Shown here in pieces: positions 23,356 to 33,443 of a stretch of DNA of 64,000 bases. The DNA comes from an uncultured delta proteobacterium (GTDB lineage: Bacteria; Desulfobacterota; Desulfobacteria; Desulfobacterales; UBA2156): the NCBI GenBank assembly GCA_963736855.1, contig CAVTQK010000009.1:256001-320000 (forward strand), read 5' to 3'. The translations under genes and the position numbers were made by a program. The notes beneath the pieces are model-generated. The model worked only from the letters and a program-made list of their open reading frames with translations. It was not told where the DNA came from and ran no database searches. Positions within the stretch are counted from its first letter, which is position 1. Every line of letters starts with the position of its first letter.

Positions 23356-24924
23356 ATGGGATCGCAGAGCACACAAAAGATGGGTCTGGCAGCAGCGATC
23401 ATGATGACCTCAGTATTTTTCAGCCGCGTGATCGGCCTGGTCCGTGAAATGGTCATCGCATACATCGGAGGGGCCGGATCTGCCGTGGATGCCTATCAGG
23501 TGGCCTTCATTATTCCTGAGATTCTCAATCATATAGTGGCCTCCGGTTTTTTATCCGTGACGTTTATTCCGATTTTTTCACGGTACCTATCTTTAGATCA
23601 GGAAGAAGAAGGGTGGCGCGTCTTTTCCATTATCTTCACCGGATTCGGGACTTTATTATTTCTGGGGATCCTTTTGGCCATGGCCTTTGCGCCGTACATC
23701 GTGAGCATGGTTGCCCCCGGTCTCGGCGATCCCTCGGTGAAAGCCCAGGCCGTCCGCATGACCCGCATCATTCTTCCGGCTCAGATGTTCTTTTTCACCG
23801 GGGGGCTTTTAATGGCCGTTCAATTTTCAAAAGGGCATTTTACCTTCCCTGCCTTTGCCCCTCTTTTGTATAACATCGGAATCATTCTAGGAGGAAGATT
23901 CCTGGGAGGCCATATCGGCATGGAAGGCTTTTCCTGGGGTGTTCTGGCCGGCGCCTTTTTAGGGAATTTTGTTCTTCAATTGTGGGGGGCATTGCGGGTT
24001 GGAATGCGGTTCACCCTGAACCTGCATTTTCAACATCCGGATCTGAAACGATACGTTGCGCTTACCCTGCCCTTGATGGTCGGGCTTACCATGACCTTTT
24101 CCACGGAGATTTTCTTCAAGTTGTTCGGCAGCTATCTTACTCCAGGAAATATTGCCGGGCTCAATTACGGCCTTCGGGTCATGCTGATTTTAGTGGGGGT
24201 ATTCGGCCAGGCCGTCGGGGTGGCCTCGTTTCCGTTCATGGCGCGCCTCGCGGCTGAAGGCAGACTTGAAGAAATGAATCGCCTCATGGATCGGACTCTG
24301 CGGCATCTTTCCCTGGTCATTCCGGTTTCCGTGCTGGGTATGGTATTGCGGAAAGAGATCGTCATCCTCTTGTTTCAGCGCGGCCGATTCGATGAGGCAG
24401 CCGTCGATATCACCTCTCAGGCGCTGCTTTATCTGCTGGCGGGAACGTTTGCTTTTGCCGCCCAGACCATTGTCGTCAGGGCTTACTACGCCGTTCAGAA
24501 TACATTGTTCCCGGCACTCTTCGGATCCCTGGCGGTTGTTTTAAGCCTCCCCCTTTATTGGCTGGGAATGCATTTCATGGGAGGACGAGGTGTGGCTCTG
24601 GCGGTTTCGATTTCGGCCATCTTACAAGTAAGTCTGTTGTACCGGATCTGGAATGCGCGCAGGCCCGATCAGGAACATCGAATGGTCTACCGGGCTTATG
24701 CCCGTATGATCGGCTTGGGGCTGGCTCTGGGTTTGATTTTAGAGTGGCTGAAACGATACGGCTTGCCACCAATCAGCGCCTTTCCTTGGATCCAAAGCGC
24801 CTGGACCTGCGCGGTGATCGGCGCCACCTTCTTAGGTTTGTTTTATCTTATCAGCCGCCTCTTTCGGATACCGGAAATCGAGATGTTTGCGGCAGCAAAA
24901 GAATCGAAACCCAAAAAGGGTTGA
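23356..24924 (+). CDS. murJ: Lipid II flippase MurJ (MviN)
   Basis: SRVIGLVRE, DAYQVAF-IP, FIPIF, LFQRGRFD and RAYYA, with many TM helices. Confidence 0.95.
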   Translation: MGSQSTQKMGLAAAIMMTSVFFSRVIGLVREMVIAYIGGAGSAVDAYQVAFIIPEILNHIVASGFLSVTFIPIFSRYLSLDQEEEGWRVFSIIFTGFGTLLFLGILLAMAFAPYIVSMVAPGLGDPSVKAQAVRMTRIILPAQMFFFTGGLLMAVQFSKGHFTFPAFAPLLYNIGIILGGRFLGGHIGMEGFSWGVLAGAFLGNFVLQLWGALRVGMRFTLNLHFQHPDLKRYVALTLPLMVGLTMTFSTEIFFKLFGSYLTPGNIAGLNYGLRVMLILVGVFGQAVGVASFPFMARLAAEGRLEEMNRLMDRTLRHLSLVIPVSVLGMVLRKEIVILLFQRGRFDEAAVDITSQALLYLLAGTFAFAAQTIVVRAYYAVQNTLFPALFGSLAVVLSLPLYWLGMHFMGGRGVALAVSISAILQVSLLYRIWNARRPDQEHRMVYRAYARMIGLGLALGLILEWLKRYGLPPISAFPWIQSAWTCAVIGATFLGLFYLISRLFRIPEIEMFAAAKESKPKKG

Positions 24925-25076
24925 TCCGTCGAAAAAGTATTGTAAACCGGGGTTGCTTTTCCTATATAAGCCCTGATCTAAAAGCATTTTAGATGTAAAG
25001 GTTTTCGCCCAAACCCGTGCAGCCCGAAGGGGCCGTTTTTAAGGGGGCAAAGATTTGCTCGGAAAGGAGGGGACCG

Positions 25077-25634
25077 TTGTATAGGATCGTACCGAAACGG
25101 ATGTTTTTTACCAAAGGAGTAGGCTATCATCGCAACAAGCTGCAAAGCTTCGAGCTTGCGCTGCGGGATGCCGGAATTGAAATCTGCAACATCGTCACCA
25201 TCTCCAGCATATTTCCCCCGGCGTGTAAAATCATCCCCAAGAAAGAAGGACTGAAGGACTTGGTACCCGGACAGATCACTTTCGTGGTAATGGCCCGGGA
25301 AAGCACCAACGAACCCAGCCGGCTCATATCCGCGGCGGTGGGTTTGGCTCAGCCGGTCAACAGGACTCAATACGGATATATCTCCGAACATCACGGGTTC
25401 GGGCAAATGACCCGACAATCCAAGGACTTTGCGGAAGACTTGGCGGCCACCATGCTGGCTTCTACCCTAGGCATCGAGCTGGATATCGACAAAGCGTGGG
25501 ATGAGCGCAAACAGCTTTATATCGCCGACAAGAAACGCCAGTTTACCAGCCGGAGCATCGCCCAGAGCGCCCATGGCCACGAGGAAGGCCTGTGGACCAC
25601 CGTGGTGGCCTGTGCCGTCATGCTCATCGTTTAG
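25077..25634 (+). CDS. pdaD: Pyruvoyl-dependent arginine decarboxylase
   Basis: [31 protein letters not shown] (Ser-Ser cleavage site), GYISEHH and WTTVVA. TTG start after AGGAGG. Confidence 0.9.
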   Translation: MYRIVPKRMFFTKGVGYHRNKLQSFELALRDAGIEICNIVTISSIFPPACKIIPKKEGLKDLVPGQITFVVMARESTNEPSRLISAAVGLAQPVNRTQYGYISEHHGFGQMTRQSKDFAEDLAATMLASTLGIELDIDKAWDERKQLYIADKKRQFTSRSIAQSAHGHEEGLWTTVVACAVMLIV

Positions 25635-25650
25635 TCTCCAGGGTAAAGTC

Positions 25651-26716
25651 ATGCCCCGATCCCTTTTTGAATCATCTCCGGATATTTGCCCAAAACGGCT
25701 TCGGCCGGGACTTAACATTTCCGACCTGATGGAAATCATGGGCGGGACCTGTTTCGAGGCGCGCAACGTTTTCCGGGCAGCGCATCTTTTGAAGGCCATG
25801 ATCGAGCAGGGAGATACCCTATGGCTGGGAATTGCCGGTGCGGGGATCGCCGGCGGCATGGGGGGAATGGTGATTTCACTCATGGAGGCCGGCTTCATCG
25901 ATGTCATCTGTTCCACAGGGGCGCAGGTCTATCATGATCTGCATTTTGCCTTTAATCTGCCGGTCAAGGCGATTTCCCCTCGCTGGGACGACGATTTGCT
26001 CAGAAGGCACGGCGACACCCGGATCTACGATATCGGCATCCGGGAAAAGGAAACCCTTGAAGCACAGGATGCTATCATAAGACGGTTCGTGCAGGAATCT
26101 TATGCGGTTCTGGGCGGCGGACCCATTTCCAGTTGGGAGTTCAACCGGCAACTCGGTCTTTGGGTGAGTGCCAACGCCCCCCATCCGGAACGGAGTTTTA
26201 CGGTCCTGGCTTCAACACTGGGAGTGCCCATTTTTTGGGATTCCCTTTCCAACCACTCAATCGCCATGAACCTGAGTCCGAACCGACCATGAGGGTTTCC
26301 CGGTTCAGTTGTCCGCCCAGAAAGACATTCTACATTCTGCTGCCATCGCCTTTTGCTCCGAAAAGACCGGGTTTTTCGAACTGGGCGGCGGCGGACCCAA
26401 GAACTTTATCCAGCAGACCGGTCCCACCATCAGCCAAATTCTGGGGATCCGTTACGAGGGTGCGGATCGCGGCATCCAAATCGGCACGGCCGTGGAGCGT
26501 GAGGGAAGCCTTTCAAGTTGTACCTTCGGGGAGGCGGTCACCTGGGGGAAATATCAGCATGCCGACCAAGAAGTATTAGTGCAGATCTGGGGGGAGTACA
26601 GTGTGATCTTTCCATTGCTTGCCGCCTATGCGCTCGACACCTGTAACCCGCGCGAGCCGAAACGCTGGTCGTCGCGAATTCCGGATAGTGTCAAAAAATT
26701 GACTGCCGTCCCGTGA
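25651..26716 (+). CDS. Deoxyhypusine synthase-like protein (frameshifted at ~26275)
   Basis: STGAQVYHD, TRIYD, GGGGPKNFIQQ and GSLSSCTFGEAVTWGK. Removing one A at ~26275 joins MNL to VRTDHEGFPVQLSAQKD. Confidence 0.88.
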
Positions 26717-27597
26717 AATCGAACTCCACCCCATTTCTGGCGTCTCCTGCAAAATTCCATGACCTTAACCGCGCCAAAGTCGTCGTAGTTCCTTTCCCAT
26801 ATGAAGGCGGTATCTCCTACGGCACCGGAACGTCCGGCGCTCCTGGAGCGATTCTGGAAGCATCCGGCCAGCTTGAATTCTACGACGAGGTTCTCGGTGC
26901 CGAGCCTTTGGATGTGGGTATTGCCACGGTGGAAGCCCCCCGAATCCCTTCCGATCCCGAGGGTATGATCGAAACGATGGAAAAAACAATAAGGGATTTG
27001 CTGAAACGGGATAAATTCGTCGTGGTGATGGGTGGGGATCATTCCATCACGAGTGGACATGTCAGGGCCTTGAAAGAAAGATACGGTTCTTTAGGCGTAA
27101 TCCAGCTGGATGCCCATGCTGATCTCCGGGAGATTTACGACGGGAGTCCTTTGAGCCACGCCTGTGTAATGGCCCGTATCCGTGAGATCACTCCGTACAC
27201 GGTACAGGTCGGAATCCGCAGCATCTCCGCTGAGGAAGCCAAGCTCGTTCATCAGGAAAAGCTTTCGTTGTGCACCATGCATCAATGGCGAACCGGTATG
27301 TTTAATCTGAAGGATGCATTGAAACGCCTTCCTGAAAAAGTGTTCATCACCGTGGACGTCGATGTCTTTGACTGGAGCGTTATTGCGAAAACGGGGACGC
27401 CGGAACCCGGAGGTTTTTTATGGGATGAAGCCATGTCGATTTTGAAATCCATATTCAACACCAAAGAGGTGGTGGGCTTCGACGTGGTGGAACTCTCCTC
27501 TCGGGATGGGGACCTGAATGGTCCTTTTGCGGTTGCCAAACTCATCTACAAGATGATTGGATTCAAATTCGCTGAGCAATTGACCCGAACCTTTTAA
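26713..27597 (+). CDS. speB: Agmatinase (ureohydrolase)
   Basis: GGDHSIT, DAHADLR, DVDVFD, TGTPEPGG and FDVVEL. Confidence 0.93.
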   Translation: MKSNSTPFLASPAKFHDLNRAKVVVVPFPYEGGISYGTGTSGAPGAILEASGQLEFYDEVLGAEPLDVGIATVEAPRIPSDPEGMIETMEKTIRDLLKRDKFVVVMGGDHSITSGHVRALKERYGSLGVIQLDAHADLREIYDGSPLSHACVMARIREITPYTVQVGIRSISAEEAKLVHQEKLSLCTMHQWRTGMFNLKDALKRLPEKVFITVDVDVFDWSVIAKTGTPEPGGFLWDEAMSILKSIFNTKEVVGFDVVELSSRDGDLNGPFAVAKLIYKMIGFKFAEQLTRTF

Positions 27598-27776
27598 CCG
27601 CATTTCCATTTCCTCGACCCTGGATTGGCTCTGCCGCCGAATCGATATTGATTTTGCTTGTCGTATCTGATACCTGGATCAAAAGTGAATCATCTATACG
27701 GGGGTTTTTTAAACACGCTCCAATGTAGAACCCGAGAAAATCCATGTTTCCTTAACCCAAAAAAACAGGAGGCGCT

Positions 27777-29387
27777 ATGGTTAGAAAAATTACGATTTTA
27801 ACGATCCTTTTAGTACTGGTATGCGCCGGAGCCGCCCTGGCGGCGCCTAAACCCGGAGGAACACTGATTTTCGGACGGGGCGGCGACAGCGTAGGTCTGG
27901 ATCCGGCCTATGAAACGGACGGCAATTCCTTTATGATCTGCGACAATATTCTCGAAGCCCTGGTGGAGTACAAGGACGAGTCCACGGATGTCGAACCTGG
28001 GCTTGCCGAGTCATGGACAATTTCTCCCGATGGATTGACCTATACCTTTAAGCTGCGCAAGGGGGTCAAATTTCACGACGGCACCTCCTTCAACGCGGAT
28101 ACGGTGGTCTTTTCCCTGGGCCGCCAGATGAAGGAGCGCAAACTGAAATTTTTCGGCAAGGGTTGGGAAATCCCGGCTCAGGAACGTCCACCGGAGTACT
28201 GGGTAACCATGGAGATGGATAAAACCGTCGATGCCATCGAAGCCGCCGATGAATACACCGTGGTTTTCAAGTTAAAGAGGGTGGAAGCCCCTTTCATCGC
28301 CAACCTGGGCATGGATTTTGCCGACATCATCAGCCCCGAAGCTTTCGTAAAAAACCCCAAGGAATTCCTGCGCAACCCGGTGGGGACCGGTCCCTTCAAG
28401 TTCGTGAAATGGGTAAAGGATGACCAGATCCTTCTGGAAAAAAATAAGCAGTACTGGAACAAGACGGGTGGACCCTACCTGGACAAGGTGGTTTTCAGAT
28501 GTATCCCCGAAAACTCGGTACGTTTCCTCGAACTCAAGACCGGAAACATTCATGTCTGCCAGTTCCCCAATCCGGCGGACATTCCTTTAGCCCAGAAAGA
28601 CCCAAAGATGAAGCTTGTCTCCCAGCCCGGCATGAATATCGGGTATCTGGGATATAACCATAAAAAGGAGCCCTGGAAAAGCAATGCGAAGCTGCGCAAG
28701 GCCATTGCCATGGCCGTCAACCGCAAGGCGATTGTGGACAATATCTACCAGGGACAGGGACAGTTGGCTAAAAACTGTATCCCGCCCACCATGTGGGGAC
28801 ACAACGATGCGGTTCCTATGATCGAATTCAATGTGGAAAAAGCCAAGGCTTTGCTGGCAGAGGCAGGTTTTCCGGAAGGAAAGGGGCTTGGCGAAATTAC
28901 GTTGTGGTCCATGCCCGTGGCCCGGCCCTATAACCCGGAGGGGATGAAGGTGGGTGTTGCCATGGCGGCGGATCTTGCCAAAATCGGCATCCAGGCCCGG
29001 GTGGTGACCTTTGAATGGGGAACCTACCTGAAGCGGCAGCGGGAACAACCGCCGGATATGGACCTTTTCCAACTTGGATGGACCGGCGACAACGGGGATC
29101 CGGATAACTTCCTCGCGGTTCTCTTCGACGGCATGGCCGACCCTGCGGTCCGGACCCAGTGGCACAATCAGGCTTATCACGACCTAATGCTTCAGGGAAA
29201 GCAAACCATCGACCAGGCCAAGCGGGCCGAGATTTACAAGAAAGCCCAGCAGCTCATGTACGATGAAATGCCGGTGATCCCCATCGCTCACAGCACCCAG
29301 ACCTGGCCGCTCTTAAAAAAGGTGATGGATTTCAAGCTCCATCCGACCGCTTCCATCAGGCTGGAAAACGTCTGGCTGGAAAAATAA
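27777..29387 (+). CDS. dppA: Dipeptide/oligopeptide ABC transporter substrate-binding protein
   Basis: Signal peptide, GLDPA, PGLAESW, LRKGVKFHDG, PVGTGPF, RPYNP and GWTGDNGDPDNF. Confidence 0.92.
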   Translation: MVRKITILTILLVLVCAGAALAAPKPGGTLIFGRGGDSVGLDPAYETDGNSFMICDNILEALVEYKDESTDVEPGLAESWTISPDGLTYTFKLRKGVKFHDGTSFNADTVVFSLGRQMKERKLKFFGKGWEIPAQERPPEYWVTMEMDKTVDAIEAADEYTVVFKLKRVEAPFIANLGMDFADIISPEAFVKNPKEFLRNPVGTGPFKFVKWVKDDQILLEKNKQYWNKTGGPYLDKVVFRCIPENSVRFLELKTGNIHVCQFPNPADIPLAQKDPKMKLVSQPGMNIGYLGYNHKKEPWKSNAKLRKAIAMAVNRKAIVDNIYQGQGQLAKNCIPPTMWGHNDAVPMIEFNVEKAKALLAEAGFPEGKGLGEITLWSMPVARPYNPEGMKVGVAMAADLAKIGIQARVVTFEWGTYLKRQREQPPDMDLFQLGWTGDNGDPDNFLAVLFDGMADPAVRTQWHNQAYHDLMLQGKQTIDQAKRAEIYKKAQQLMYDEMPVIPIAHSTQTWPLLKKVMDFKLHPTASIRLENVWLEK

Positions 29388-29402
29388 GATAAAAAATCTA
29401 TG

Positions 29403-29458
29403 GGTCGAGAGGGTGAGGTAAAGAGTCGTCATTGACCCTCTTTGCCTCCCCTCGAACC
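29403..29458 (+). other. Intercistronic stem-loop after dppA
   Basis: TCGAGAGGGTGAGGTAAAGAG pairs with CTCTTTGCCTCCCCTCGA. Confidence 0.65.
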
Positions 29459-29492
29459 TTCGATCCTGTTAACCTTCAAGGCCTTTTTCAGT

Positions 29493-30497
29493 ATGGCCGC
29501 CTATATTCTTAGAAGAATTCTGATTCTCATCCCGACCCTTCTTGGCGTCTCGGTCATCGTTTTTTTCATGCTTCATATCACCCCCGGAGACCCTGCAGAG
29601 CTCCTTCTCGGGGAGCGCGTTTCCGAGCAGGCACTTAAAGAGATGCGGGAGCATCTCGGGTTGAACAAGCCCGTGTATATCCAGTACGGCATGTTTCTCA
29701 ATCGTCTGCTTCATGGGGATTTGGGGGAAACCATCTGGACCCGTCAGAAAGTCACCGTGGAGATTCGGCAGCGATTTCCCGCCACCATCGAGCTTTCCAT
29801 CGCCGCCCTTTTCATCAGCTGCACCTTGGGCGTTTTATTCGGGATTGTTTCAGCCACCAAACAGTACTCCCTTTTCGACTATTTGAGCATGCTCGGCGCC
29901 CTGATCGGGGTCAGTATGCCCATATTCTGGCTGGGGCTGGTCTTCATGCTCATTTTTTCCATCAACCTGGGGTGGCTTCCCATTTCCGGGAGGCTGAGCG
30001 TCGGGGTAGATCTGGAAGTCATCACCAATTTTTACATTCTGGATGCCCTTTTGACAAAGAATTGGGTCGCTCTCAGAGATGCGCTATGGCATATTATCAT
30101 GCCGGCATGCGCCCTTTCCACCATTCCCACCGCCATTATAGCCCGGATGACCCGATCGTCGATGCTGGAGGTCCTTCGCCAAGACTATATCAAGACCGCC
30201 CGTGCCAAAGGGCTTTCCTGGTTCAAAGTGATCTTCAAGCATGCCTTTAGGAACGCTCTCATCCCCGTGGTGACCACCATTGGGCTGCAGTTTGGAGTCC
30301 TTCTCGGAGGCGCCATCCTCACCGAAACCATCTTTGCCTGGCCTGGGGTCGGCAAATGGATGTACGATGCGGTTATGCAACGGGACTACATGGTGATCCA
30401 GAACGGTACTCTCGTTATCGCCAGTCTTTTTGTGGGGATCAATCTGATCGTGGATGTCTTGTATGCGGTAATCAATCCGAGAATCAGTGTACGATGA
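29493..30497 (+). CDS. dppB: Peptide ABC transporter permease
   Basis: PGDPA, RFPATIEL, SMPIFWLG, DYIKTARAKGL and ETIFAWPG. Confidence 0.92.
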   Translation: MAAYILRRILILIPTLLGVSVIVFFMLHITPGDPAELLLGERVSEQALKEMREHLGLNKPVYIQYGMFLNRLLHGDLGETIWTRQKVTVEIRQRFPATIELSIAALFISCTLGVLFGIVSATKQYSLFDYLSMLGALIGVSMPIFWLGLVFMLIFSINLGWLPISGRLSVGVDLEVITNFYILDALLTKNWVALRDALWHIIMPACALSTIPTAIIARMTRSSMLEVLRQDYIKTARAKGLSWFKVIFKHAFRNALIPVVTTIGLQFGVLLGGAILTETIFAWPGVGKWMYDAVMQRDYMVIQNGTLVIASLFVGINLIVDVLYAVINPRISVR

Positions 30498-30555
30498 GGA
30501 TGAAAGGCTTTGGATTAACGTTGGTTTCGGAAATCCGGTCCATGGAGAAGGCCTT

Positions 30556-31437
30556 ATGATGGTGAGATCTCCTGAAGATCGCCATCCGATGCTGGACCAG
30601 CTTTCGCAGCTATGGCGGAACAAGACCGCTATTGCGGGGCTGATCATTATTACGATGTTTACCCTGTGCGGAATCCTTGCCCCGATCATCAGCCCCCACA
30701 ATCCGATCGAGACCGCCCTGTATGACCAGCTCAAGCCGCCGGCATGGAAGGAAGGCGGTTCCGCGAAAAACATCCTGGGTACGGACGATCTCGGCCGGGA
30801 TATCTTGTCCCGCATCATTTATGGCGCCCGGGTTTCCCTGATGGTGGCAGTGGTCAGTGTGGGGTTGGCCTTTTTTATCGGCACGTTTTTCGGATGCATC
30901 GCCGGTTATTACAAAGGAAAGCTGGATACCGTCATCATGCGGGCAGTGGATATGGTTCTCTCATTCCCCTATATCCTTTTAGCCATCGTCGTGGTGGCCT
31001 ACCTGGGTCCGAGCCTTCAGAATGCGATGATCGCCATCGCCATCACCTACGTCCCGCGCTTTGCTCGGATTGTGCGGGCGAGTGTATTGGAGGAATGCGA
31101 AAAGGATTACGTCATGGCTGCCAGGAGCATCGGCGCCAAAGACTTGAGAATCATTTTCATCGCCATACTTCCGAATTGTATGGGTCCTCTCATCGTCCAA
31201 ACTACCTTGAGCTTTGCCTCGGCGATCCTGGATGCCGCAGCACTGAGTTTCCTGGGTCTGGGAGCCCAACCCCCCATCCCCGAGTGGGGCGCGGACATCG
31301 CCCGGAGCCGCGCCTTGATCCTGAGGGCTTCCTGGGTGATGACGTTTCCAGGGATGGCGATTCTTTTTGCCGTATTGGGTTTCAATCTTTTGGGGGACGG
31401 CCTGCGGGACGCCCTGGATCCCCGATTAAGGGACTGA
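30556..31437 (+). CDS. dppC: Peptide ABC transporter permease
   Basis: LGTDDLGRD, GARVSL, AALSFLGLG and FNLLGDGLRDALDP. Confidence 0.92.
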   Translation: MMVRSPEDRHPMLDQLSQLWRNKTAIAGLIIITMFTLCGILAPIISPHNPIETALYDQLKPPAWKEGGSAKNILGTDDLGRDILSRIIYGARVSLMVAVVSVGLAFFIGTFFGCIAGYYKGKLDTVIMRAVDMVLSFPYILLAIVVVAYLGPSLQNAMIAIAITYVPRFARIVRASVLEECEKDYVMAARSIGAKDLRIIFIAILPNCMGPLIVQTTLSFASAILDAAALSFLGLGAQPPIPEWGADIARSRALILRASWVMTFPGMAILFAVLGFNLLGDGLRDALDPRLRD

Positions 31438-31441
31438 TGCC

Positions 31442-32416
31442 ATGGCAGGTCAGGCACTGCTCCAGGTTCAGAACCTGAGTACCCATTTTACGGTACGCGG
31501 CCATACGGCCAAAGCGGTGGACGACGTCAGTTTCATCATTGCTGCCGGTTACACCTTGGGTCTTGTCGGTGAATCGGGATGCGGGAAGAGTGTGACGGCC
31601 CACTCCATCATCCGACTCATCCCGGATCCGCCCGGAAAAATTGCTGGAGGCAGGATCCTGTTCGAAGGTGAGGATCTCCTTTCATTTTCCGAATCCCGGA
31701 TGCGCCGCATCCGGGGAAACCGCATCTCCATGATCTTCCAGGAGCCCATGACTTCGCTGAATCCTACCTTTCCCGTGGGAGACCAGGTGGCAGAAGTGAT
31801 CCGTTTGCACGAGAAGCTATCCCGATCCGCCACTCGGGACCGTGTGTTGGAGATGTTTCATCGGGTCGGCATCCCGGCCCCGGAAAAGCGGCTCGAGGAT
31901 TATCCCCACCAAATGAGCGGCGGCATGCGCCAACGGGTGATGATCGCCATGGCGCTTGCCTGTCGGCCCAGGCTTATGATCGCCGATGAACCGACCACAG
32001 CCCTGGATGTGACTATCCAAGCCCAGATTCTCGATCTCATGAATACGCTCAAGGCCGAAACCGGCGCTTCCATTCTGTTCATCACCCACGACCTTGGAGT
32101 TATTGCGGAAATGGCCCAGCATGTGGCCGTCATGTATGCCGGCCGTCTCATGGAATTTGCCGACGCTAAAGCCCTCTTTGCCGATCCGAAAAACCCGTAC
32201 ACCGTGGGGCTCCTCGGATCGATCCCGATTCTGGGAAAAGACAAGGAAGGCCTTTTGAAGACCATACCCGGGGTGGTCCCTTCCCTGCTCAGGCTTCCGG
32301 ATGGATGTCTTTTCAGCGACCGGTGCCCGGATGTATTTGAAGATTGTCGACGGATTGCACCCACGATGGTTCAAACGGGTACAAACCATTTTGTGAGGTG
32401 TCTCAAGTATGCCTGA
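31442..32416 (+). CDS. dppD: Peptide ABC transporter ATP-binding protein
   Basis: [24 protein letters not shown] and a C-terminal Cys cluster. Confidence 0.93.
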   Translation: MAGQALLQVQNLSTHFTVRGHTAKAVDDVSFIIAAGYTLGLVGESGCGKSVTAHSIIRLIPDPPGKIAGGRILFEGEDLLSFSESRMRRIRGNRISMIFQEPMTSLNPTFPVGDQVAEVIRLHEKLSRSATRDRVLEMFHRVGIPAPEKRLEDYPHQMSGGMRQRVMIAMALACRPRLMIADEPTTALDVTIQAQILDLMNTLKAETGASILFITHDLGVIAEMAQHVAVMYAGRLMEFADAKALFADPKNPYTVGLLGSIPILGKDKEGLLKTIPGVVPSLLRLPDGCLFSDRCPDVFEDCRRIAPTMVQTGTNHFVRCLKYA

Positions 32417-33410
32417 CCTTAATTTCGAAAAACAGCCGTTGCTTGAGGCCAGGGATATCGTGAAACATTATCCGATTTACGGAGGCGTCTTCCTGAAGCA
32501 AAAGGCAGCGGTAAAGGCTGTTGACGGTGTAAGCCTGACCATCCGAAAAGGCGAGACCGTAGGCCTCGTGGGAGAGTCAGGGTGTGGAAAAACCACATTC
32601 GGAAGAGCCATTCTGCGACTGGAAGAACCCACCTCAGGTAGGGTTCTGTTTGAAGGAGAAGACATTCTCGCTTATGACAAGCAGCGGATGCAGTCGTTGC
32701 GCCGTAAAATGCAGATTATCTTCCAGGATCCTTTTTCATCTTTGAATCCGAGAAAAACCGTCTCCCAGATCATCGGTGAACCTTTACAGGTTCATGGAGA
32801 AAAAAAGCGACAAAAGAGGGATGATAGGGTTCTGGAGCTTTTAGAGGTGGTGGGTCTTCGCAAGGAGCACATGAGACGCTATCCCCATCAGTTTTCAGGG
32901 GGACAACGGCAGCGCATCGGCATTGCCCGTGCCCTGGCCTTAAACCCTCAGCTCATCGTCTGTGACGAGGCCGTTTCGGCCCTGGATGTATCGATCCAGG
33001 CTCAGGTCATCAATCTGCTGAAAAAACTTCAGGAAGATTTTGGATTAACGTATCTCTTTATTTCACACGATTTGAGTGTCGTGGAACATGTGAGCGACCG
33101 GATTGCGGTGATGTACCTGGGAAAAATCGTCGAATTGGCGCCTGGAAAAGATTTGTATCGAAATCCATTGCACCCTTACACCCAGGCCTTGCTTTCCGCA
33201 GTACCGATTCCCGACCCTTCCTTTGAAAGGCCCGGGCGCATCATTCTGAAAGGAGATGTCCCCAGCCCCATTGATCCGCCTTCCGGATGCCGCTTCCATC
33301 CCCGCTGTCTTTACATGCAAAAGATTTGCATGGAAAGCGAACCGCTGCTGGAAGAGACTACGAACCGCCATTGGGCGGCCTGCTTTTTTGCCGGAAAAGC
33401 CGGGAAATAA
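32409..33410 (+). CDS. dppF: Peptide ABC transporter ATP-binding protein
   Basis: [24 protein letters not shown] and [11 protein letters not shown]. Confidence 0.93.
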   Translation: MPDLNFEKQPLLEARDIVKHYPIYGGVFLKQKAAVKAVDGVSLTIRKGETVGLVGESGCGKTTFGRAILRLEEPTSGRVLFEGEDILAYDKQRMQSLRRKMQIIFQDPFSSLNPRKTVSQIIGEPLQVHGEKKRQKRDDRVLELLEVVGLRKEHMRRYPHQFSGGQRQRIGIARALALNPQLIVCDEAVSALDVSIQAQVINLLKKLQEDFGLTYLFISHDLSVVEHVSDRIAVMYLGKIVELAPGKDLYRNPLHPYTQALLSAVPIPDPSFERPGRIILKGDVPSPIDPPSGCRFHPRCLYMQKICMESEPLLEETTNRHWAACFFAGKAGK

Positions 33411-33443
33411 ACAGAAGCCCCTCTCGGGATCTATTTCGAAGTC

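Noticed and set aside
24960..25076. Guanidine/polyamine-type riboswitch upstream of pdaD
   Set aside because: Only a short GCCC-GAAG-GGGC hairpin is present, with no ykkC-type consensus.
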